64,000 nt of DNA, from assembly GCA_030141605.1 (NCBI GenBank), contig JAQGDQ010001051.1, forward strand, positions 3,611 through 67,610, read 5' to 3'. Position numbers and translations under genes: made by a program. Below, piece after piece: positions 1 through 64,000 of the stretch (position 1 is its first letter; every line of letters begins with the position of its first letter). This DNA is from Tubiluchus corallicola. Its lineage: Eukaryota; Animalia; Priapulida. The notes under the pieces are model-generated. The model did not search any database, was not told where the DNA came from, and saw only the letters and a list, made by a program, of their open reading frames with translations.

Positions 1-325
1 AAAACGAAACGGTGCGTCGTTAAGCGAGGAAAGGTGTTAAATATTCAGTGTCGTTAAAACGAAACGGTGCGTCGTTAAGTGAGGAAAGGTGCTAAATATC
101 CAGTGTCGTTAAAACGAAACGGTGCGTCGTTAAGTGAGGAAAGGTGTTAAATATCCAGTGTCGTTAAAACGAAACGGTGCGTCGTTAAGTGAGGAAAGGT
201 GCTAAATATCCAGCGTCGTGAAAATGAAACAGTGCGTCGTTAAGTGAGGAAAGGTGTTAAATATTCAGCGTCATTAAAACGAAACGTCGCCAAACGGGGG
301 AGTCGTTAATCGAGGACTTACCGCA
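1..325. repeat. 55-bp tandem repeat (~5 copies) ending in a pogo/Tigger-like MITE terminus
   Basis: Unit aaaacgaaacggtgcgtcgttaagtgaggaaaggtgttaaatatccagtgtcgtt at 1,56,111,166,221; the end cgttaatcgaggacttacc resembles the reverse complement of the TIR cagtaagtcctcgcttaacg at 51620. Confidence 0.8.
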
Positions 326-367
326 CTTTAGAATTTCATAAAACTCACAAAAGCGCAAGTTACCTAC

Positions 368-63507
<63,140 letters not shown>

Positions 63508-63679
63508 CTGCGAAAAACGCATCATTTACTATCATTACATAGGTCGTTAAGGTCTCTGTCTCAACCAATATTTAAGCAAATTAGATTAGATTAGATTAGA
63601 TTAGGATAGATTTTATCTGCCTCGTTTAAAGTTACGCCTATATAAATATACCATGTTTCTGTAAGATGATAAATACTAC

Positions 63680-64000
63680 ATGTCTACGTCACAATGAGTT
63701 CCCGTACAGGTAAACACCTACTGTTTTACACTTGCACATACCTGTCTATGTCACGAGTTCCCGTACAGGTAAACACCTACTGTTTTACACTTGCACATAC
63801 CTGTCTACGTCACAATGAGTTCCCGTACATGTAAACACCTACTGTTTTACACTTGCACATACCTGTCTACGTCACAATGAGTTCCCGTACAGGTAAACAC
63901 CTACTGTTTTACACTTGCACATACCTGTCTACGTCACAATGAGTTCCCGTACAGGTAAACACCTACTGTTTTACACTTGCACATACCTGTCTACGTCACA
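63680..64000. repeat. 62-bp tandem repeat containing a probable twitchin exon end and splice donor (runs off the window)
   Basis: Unit acatacctgtctacgtcacaatgagttcccgtacaggtaaacacctactgttttacacttgc; donor motif at 63736, 63795, 63857, 63919, 63981. Confidence 0.92.

Overview
Eukaryotic (invertebrate animal) genomic DNA. The whole window lies inside one intron-rich minus-strand gene for a twitchin/projectin (UNC-22 family) giant muscle protein. I traced 48 GT-AG exons (63507 down to 368) that join in one continuous frame. They encode 17 Fn3 domains (the first partial) and 9 Ig domains, ending in the Fn-Fn-Fn-Ig-Ig-Fn-Fn-Ig-Ig-Fn pattern, followed by a 39-nt micro-exon that begins the pre-kinase linker; the kinase should lie left of the window. 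The introns hold minisatellites, several non-autonomous DNA transposon families (pogo/Tigger-, hAT-, piggyBac- and Harbinger-like), LINE remnants and a 5S-rRNA-headed SINE. The most unusual feature is four unrelated tandem arrays whose unit contains the gene's own exon-intron junction, giving 3 to about 37 decoy splice sites each, all of which lead to premature stops if used. Other points of interest are a 50-bp copy of one of the gene's own exons 30 kb away in an intron, a Penelope-type hammerhead motif on the pre-mRNA strand, and a 264-bp palindrome. The long low-complexity ORFs in the ORF track are repeat artefacts. All coordinates were read by eye.
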